A stretch of DNA of 53,316 nucleotides from contig JALFFX010000059.1 in assembly GCA_022777645.1 (NCBI GenBank), positions 1-53,316 on the forward strand. The letters are read 5' to 3'. Made by a program: the position numbers and the translations under genes. Below the pieces are notes generated by a model. The model did not search any database, was not told where the DNA came from, and saw only the letters and a list, made by a program, of their open reading frames with translations. The DNA comes from Erysipelotrichaceae bacterium (GTDB lineage Bacteria > Bacillota_I > Bacilli_A > RFN20 > CAG-826). Shown piece after piece: positions 48,830 to 53,316 of this stretch (the stretch's first letter is position 1; the number at the start of each line of letters is the position of its first letter).

Positions 48830-51279
48830 TGAAACACCAAGACATCATTTCCAAGATGACTCTCCTTGAGAAAGTCATTCTCACCAGCGGTAAAAACTTC
48901 TGGGAATCGCAAGAAATTCTTGCTCACCATATTCCATCAATATTTTTTGCAGATGGTCCACATGGTATTAGAAAACAAGCTTTAGCAGCAGACCACTTAG
49001 GCTTAAATGAGTCGCTTAAAGCAACTTGTTTCCCAACTGCTGTCACAATTGCTTCAAGTTTTGATAAAGAACTCGGCGAAGAAATTGGTGTCTGCTTAGG
49101 AAAAGAAGCTCTTGCCCAAAAAGTAAATGTTTTATTAGGTCCAGGACTCAATATTAAACGCAATCCACGTTGTGGCCGTAACTTTGAATATTTTAGCGAA
49201 GATCCTTATCTTGCAGGCAATATGGCTGGTTCATATGTTAAAGGTATTCAATCAAATGGAATTTCTGCGTGCTTAAAGCATTTTGCTTGTAATTCACAAG
49301 AAGAAAAACGCATGACCCTTAATAGTGTTGTTGACGAAAGAGCACTCCGCGAAATATATCTCACCGGTTTTGAAATCGCAGTTAAAGAAGCAAAACCAAA
49401 AACAATAATGTCATCATATAACCTCATCAATGGTGTATATGCGAATGAAAATGAACATGTCTTAAAAGAAATTCTTCGCAACGAATGGGGCTATGATGGT
49501 GTTGTCTTAACCGACTGGGGCGGAGAAAATGATCGTGTCAAAGGACTTATCGCTGGCAATGAAATGGAAATGCCAGGAGCAGGTGGCGACACAGTTCATG
49601 ATATTATGGTCGCAATTAAAGAAGGAAGACTTGAAGAAAGCGTCTTAGATGAAAATATCGACCGTTTATTAGATTTAATTCTTACCACTTCCAAACCATT
49701 TGAAGGCGATAAAAAATATGAATTTGATGTCGAAAAACATCACGCCTTTGCCGTTAAATGCGCCGAAGAATCAATGGTTCTTCTTAAAAACGAAGACAAC
49801 ATTCTTCCTTTGAAAGAAAAAACAAAAGTTGCTTTAGTTGGTGATTTTGCAATGACTCCACGATATCAAGGAGCTGGTAGTTCATTAGTTAATTGCACAA
49901 AACTTGAAAACACTCTTGATATTGTAAAAGAATATGATTTTGAATATTTAGGTCATGAAAAAGGCTTCCATCGTTTTGGTAAAAAGAGTAATGGCTTAAT
50001 CAAAAAAGCTCTCAAACTTGCTAGCCAAGCAGAAGTTGTTGTTGTTTATTTAGGTCTTGATGAAGCAATTGAAGCAGAAGGTCTTGATCGTAAAAATATT
50101 AAAATCAACGACAATCAAGTCGAATTGCTAAAAGCCTTAAAAGAAGCCGGTAAAAAAGTTGTTGGTGTCCTTCACGCCGGAAGCGTTGTTGAAATGCCTT
50201 GGCTTAAATATTGCGATGCTTTATTAAATGCTTATCTTCCTGGTCAAGGTGGCGCAAGAGCGGTATTAAACGTCTTAACAGGTAAAGTTAATCCATCTGG
50301 TAAAACTGCTGAAACATATCCACTTTCATATGATGATGTTCCATCAAAAGTAGATTTCCCAGCAAGAGGAAGTTCCGTTTATTATCGCGATTCAATTTTC
50401 GTTGGTTACCGTTATTACAATAAAGTTAATAAAGATGTCTTATTCCCGTTCGGCTTTGGCTTATCATATTCAAAATTTGAATATAGTGATCTAAAAGTCG
50501 ATGAAAAAGGTGTTAGCTTCACCATCACAAATAGTAGTGATGTTGATGGTAAAGAAATTGCACAACTTTACGTTTCAAAAGTTGATTCAAAAATCTATCG
50601 AAGCGCCCCAGAACTTAAAGGCTTTGTCAAAGTTAGCCTAAAAGCTCATGAAAGTAAGAACGTACGCATTGATTTTGATGAATATACATATCGCTTCTTC
50701 GATGTTAAGAAAAACGCTTGGAATAAAGAAGCGGGTGAATATCAATTGTTAGTCGGTGCTTCAAGCCGCGATATTAGACTTGAAGATAAAATCAATATTG
50801 AAGGAGATGTTTTAGAAGAAGTAAGTGATATTCCAACCTATTATTCTGGAGATATTCAAAACGTTAGCGATAATGAATTTAAATTGATTTATCAAAACGA
50901 TCTTCCTTCAACATCACTTAATTTTATTAAGAAAAATAGAATATACGTTGACTATAACACAACAGTGAACGAATTAAGATATGCAAAAGGCTGGACAGGC
51001 AGATTCTTCTCTGGTGTCATTCGCTTTGCTATCGGTTTGCTAAAAGTATTTGGAGATGTGAAAACATCAAATACACTTGTTATGGGCGTGCTTCATCAGC
51101 CAATGAGAGGGTTGTCAAGAATGACTGGCGGAGCATTAACATATAAACAATTAGACGGCCTTATCAAAATGTTCAATGGTCATTTCTTCAAAGGACTTAA
51201 CCATTTCTTCAAGATGGGTAAGGTGTCAAAGAACGAACTTAAAGAAATTCGTTCGTTTGGAAAGGAAACAAAAAAATAA
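48829..51279 (+). CDS. GH3 beta-glucosidase-like hydrolase
   Basis: DGPHGIR, RNFEYFSEDP, KHFACN, TDWG nucleophile, VNPSGK, GYRYY, FPFGFGLSY and an Fn3-like domain; TAATG coupling to the GT2 gene; no signal peptide seen. Confidence 0.95.
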   Translation: MKHQDIISKMTLLEKVILTSGKNFWESQEILAHHIPSIFFADGPHGIRKQALAADHLGLNESLKATCFPTAVTIASSFDKELGEEIGVCLGKEALAQKVNVLLGPGLNIKRNPRCGRNFEYFSEDPYLAGNMAGSYVKGIQSNGISACLKHFACNSQEEKRMTLNSVVDERALREIYLTGFEIAVKEAKPKTIMSSYNLINGVYANENEHVLKEILRNEWGYDGVVLTDWGGENDRVKGLIAGNEMEMPGAGGDTVHDIMVAIKEGRLEESVLDENIDRLLDLILTTSKPFEGDKKYEFDVEKHHAFAVKCAEESMVLLKNEDNILPLKEKTKVALVGDFAMTPRYQGAGSSLVNCTKLENTLDIVKEYDFEYLGHEKGFHRFGKKSNGLIKKALKLASQAEVVVVYLGLDEAIEAEGLDRKNIKINDNQVELLKALKEAGKKVVGVLHAGSVVEMPWLKYCDALLNAYLPGQGGARAVLNVLTGKVNPSGKTAETYPLSYDDVPSKVDFPARGSSVYYRDSIFVGYRYYNKVNKDVLFPFGFGLSYSKFEYSDLKVDEKGVSFTITNSSDVDGKEIAQLYVSKVDSKIYRSAPELKGFVKVSLKAHESKNVRIDFDEYTYRFFDVKKNAWNKEAGEYQLLVGASSRDIRLEDKINIEGDVLEEVSDIPTYYSGDIQNVSDNEFKLIYQNDLPSTSLNFIKKNRIYVDYNTTVNELRYAKGWTGRFFSGVIRFAIGLLKVFGDVKTSNTLVMGVLHQPMRGLSRMTGGALTYKQLDGLIKMFNGHFFKGLNHFFKMGKVSKNELKEIRSFGKETKK

Positions 51280-51281
51280 TT

Positions 51282-52340
51282 ATGGAAATCGAGGTAAAAC
51301 CATTATCATCTAACGGCTTTATTGCCTTCTTCCAACGCATTTATCGTTGGTGGTTAAGTGTTTGGTATTCATTTTCTGACAAACACCCTAAATTTGCATC
51401 CTTACTTTATAAAGTAGGATTCTTCTTCGCCTTCTCAATGGCGGTTACTGTTTGGCAATTTATCATCATGACTTTCTTGCCATACGCCTTCACATCAACA
51501 TGGGGAACACCATTTTGCTGGCCTCGTGTTGAATTACCATTTAAAGATGCAGCCGGCAATGCTTTATATTTTGGAATTTTCAATGAGCCAGCTCAATTTG
51601 TAGATGCAGCCGGAAAAACATTCCAAGCATATACAGAAGCTGAAGTTCAATTGATGTCGCTTAATCCAGCATTAACTCTTAAAGCAGGTGGTTTAGGCAA
51701 CTTCATCGCTTTTGAAATTGCAGTCTTCACTGCCCAATGCATCAACTTCCCACTTCAAAGAAACATCACATATAAATCAAAAGGAAATCCATATTTCCAA
51801 GCTTTGATGTATTTTGTTGGTTGGGTTGGCGTTTCTATTCTTACAAACGCTATATGGGGCATTGCAAATCCACTTCTCCTCTCATGGAATATGCCTGATG
51901 TTGTTATTGGCTTATTAAAAACATTCCTCACCGGTGGTGTCTCAATGTTTATCTTCTTCTTCATTTTCCTTCTCATTTTCCCAAATCTTGAGAACAGTGC
52001 TAAATCATTAGAAAAACGTTATGAAAAAGCCAAAGATTCAGATATGAGTGATGAAAAGAAAGAAGCCCTTCATCAAAAAGCTTTAGCTATGAGAAAAAGA
52101 GCAGATGAAGAAAACGCTCGTTTAGCAGTAATCTCTACTTCATCAATCGCAGATTCAAAAGCCATTAATTATCATTCTTGTTTAACAAGATTAAATAAAA
52201 TGAAAGATGAAAAAGGCGATGCGAATGAAATTGCTGAACTTGAAAAATTATTAAATACAAAACTTGAAGAAGCTATTAATGCAAAAAAACGCCACGAAGA
52301 AGCTGTTAAGGTGTATAATAGTTTGCATGAAGCTCAATAA
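51282..52340 (+). CDS. Membrane protein, GtrA-like core with an insertion and a C-terminal coiled coil
   Basis: Four hydrophobic segments; INFPLQRNITYKS resembles the GtrA NF-x-LNR-x-TF motif; helical charged tail. Confidence 0.55.
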   Translation: MEIEVKPLSSNGFIAFFQRIYRWWLSVWYSFSDKHPKFASLLYKVGFFFAFSMAVTVWQFIIMTFLPYAFTSTWGTPFCWPRVELPFKDAAGNALYFGIFNEPAQFVDAAGKTFQAYTEAEVQLMSLNPALTLKAGGLGNFIAFEIAVFTAQCINFPLQRNITYKSKGNPYFQALMYFVGWVGVSILTNAIWGIANPLLLSWNMPDVVIGLLKTFLTGGVSMFIFFFIFLLIFPNLENSAKSLEKRYEKAKDSDMSDEKKEALHQKALAMRKRADEENARLAVISTSSIADSKAINYHSCLTRLNKMKDEKGDANEIAELEKLLNTKLEEAINAKKRHEEAVKVYNSLHEAQ

Positions 52341-53316
52341 ATCACATTACAATTATTTAATTATCGGAGCCGGTTTATACGGCTCCGTTTTGGCATACGA
52401 GTTAAATAAACGTGGCTATAAAGTTCTCGTTGTCGAAAAGAAAAATCACATTGCCGGAAATATTTATACCGAAAAGAAAGAAAATATCGATGTTCATGTT
52501 TACGGCGCCCACATATTCCACACATCAAATAAGATGATTTGGGAATATGTAAATAATTTTGTCGAATTCATCCCATTTATCAATTCGCCTATTGCTAATT
52601 ATAAAGGTGAACTTTATAACATGCCTTTCAACATGAATACATTTAGCAAAATGTTTGAAGGTGTTATAACACCAAGCGATGCAAAAAGAAGAATCGAAGA
52701 CGAAATTAAAGCTGCCAATATTAAAGAAATCAAAAATTTAGAAGATCAAGCCATTTCTTTAGTAGGCACGACAGTATATGAAAAATTGATCAAAGGTTAT
52801 ACAGCAAAACAATGGGGCAAGTCTTGCGATGAACTTCCATCATTTATCATCAAACGATTACCACTTCGCTTTACTTTTGATAACAATTATTTCAATGACG
52901 ATTACCAAGGTATTCCAAAAGATGGTTATACCAAATTGGTAGAAGGTATGCTCAAAGATATCGAAGTAGTATTAAATACTGATTATTTCGAACATAAGGA
53001 TGAATTAAATGCGTTAGCAGATAAAATCATCTTTACTGGTCCAATTGATCAATTGTTCGATTATAAATACGGACATCTTGAATATCGAAGTGTGCGCTTT
53101 GAAAACGAACTTCTTGATGAAGAGAATCATCAAGGCGTCGCCGTTGTTAATTACACCGATCGAGAAACACCATACACAAGAATTATTGAACATAAACACT
53201 TCAATAAATTCAATAAATCAGAAAAAACAATTATTTCCAAAGAATATCCACTTCCTGCCAGTGAAACAAGTGAACCATATTATCCAATCAATGATGATAG
53301 AAATATGAATCTTGTT
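52327..53316 (+). CDS. glf: UDP-galactopyranose mutase, truncated by the window edge
   Basis: Hand translation: MKLNKSHYNYLIIGAGLYG...HIAGNIYT...HVYGAHIFHTS...GYTAKQWG...YQGIP...HLEYRS...TRIIEHKHF...EPYYP. Confidence 0.96.
   Translation, partial: MKLNKSHYNYLIIGAGLYGSVLAYELNKRGYKVLVVEKKNHIAGNIYTEKKENIDVHVYGAHIFHTSNKMIWEYVNNFVEFIPFINSPIANYKGELYNMPFNMNTFSKMFEGVITPSDAKRRIEDEIKAANIKEIKNLEDQAISLVGTTVYEKLIKGYTAKQWGKSCDELPSFIIKRLPLRFTFDNNYFNDDYQGIPKDGYTKLVEGMLKDIEVVLNTDYFEHKDELNALADKIIFTGPIDQLFDYKYGHLEYRSVRFENELLDEENHQGVAVVNYTDRETPYTRIIEHKHFNKFNKSEKTIISKEYPLPASETSEPYYPINDDRNMNLV

Noticed and set aside
2217-51976. Numerous 60-110 aa antisense or off-frame ORFs in the track (for example 2217, 8095, 17566, 23297, 30042, 35856, 43705)
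   Set aside because: They are fully nested in well-supported genes and show no recognisable motifs.
53014-53308. Small ORFs 53014-53199 and 53045-53308
   Set aside because: Both lie inside the glf reading frame, which the track missed because it is open at the edge.

Overview
AT-rich chromosomal window from a reduced, low-GC Bacilli lineage that uses genetic code 11 (TGA is stop, TGG is Trp). The gene content suggests an uncultured Mollicutes-adjacent gut group such as RFN20/RF39, which is inference only. Positions 1-39,000 are mostly housekeeping genes in recognisable Bacilli synteny: an ABC pair, fhs, miaA, a ricA-like gene, miaB, ymdB, rny, recA, cinA-C, pgsA, type B RNase P RNA, gpsB, recU, nth, dnaD, a short cca, hup, der, cmk, ferredoxin, an FMN riboswitch with ribU, sufCDSUB-mnmG-rsmG, a pair of PrsA-like lipoproteins, hit, gpsA, yhaM, recX, glycolipid genes and mgtC. 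Positions 40,000-53,316 are accessory surface genes: a four-copy tandem lipoprotein array, a CDF transporter, fnlABC-type nucleotide-sugar genes and a GT2-GH3-GtrA-like-glf operon. The most notable observations are: (1) a solitary AAA-ATPase/PD-(D/E)XK nuclease gene whose promoter lies inside a 4 x 23-bp tandem repeat; (2) an XRE helix-turn-helix fused to FnlA/CapE with a periodic TGCA array upstream; (3) an ABAB-patterned mosaic lipoprotein array; (4) a pair of oversized parvulin-like lipoproteins, one with intact motifs and one degenerate; (5) a 203-aa minimal CCA-type enzyme. No tRNA, rRNA, CRISPR array, integrase or transposase was seen.
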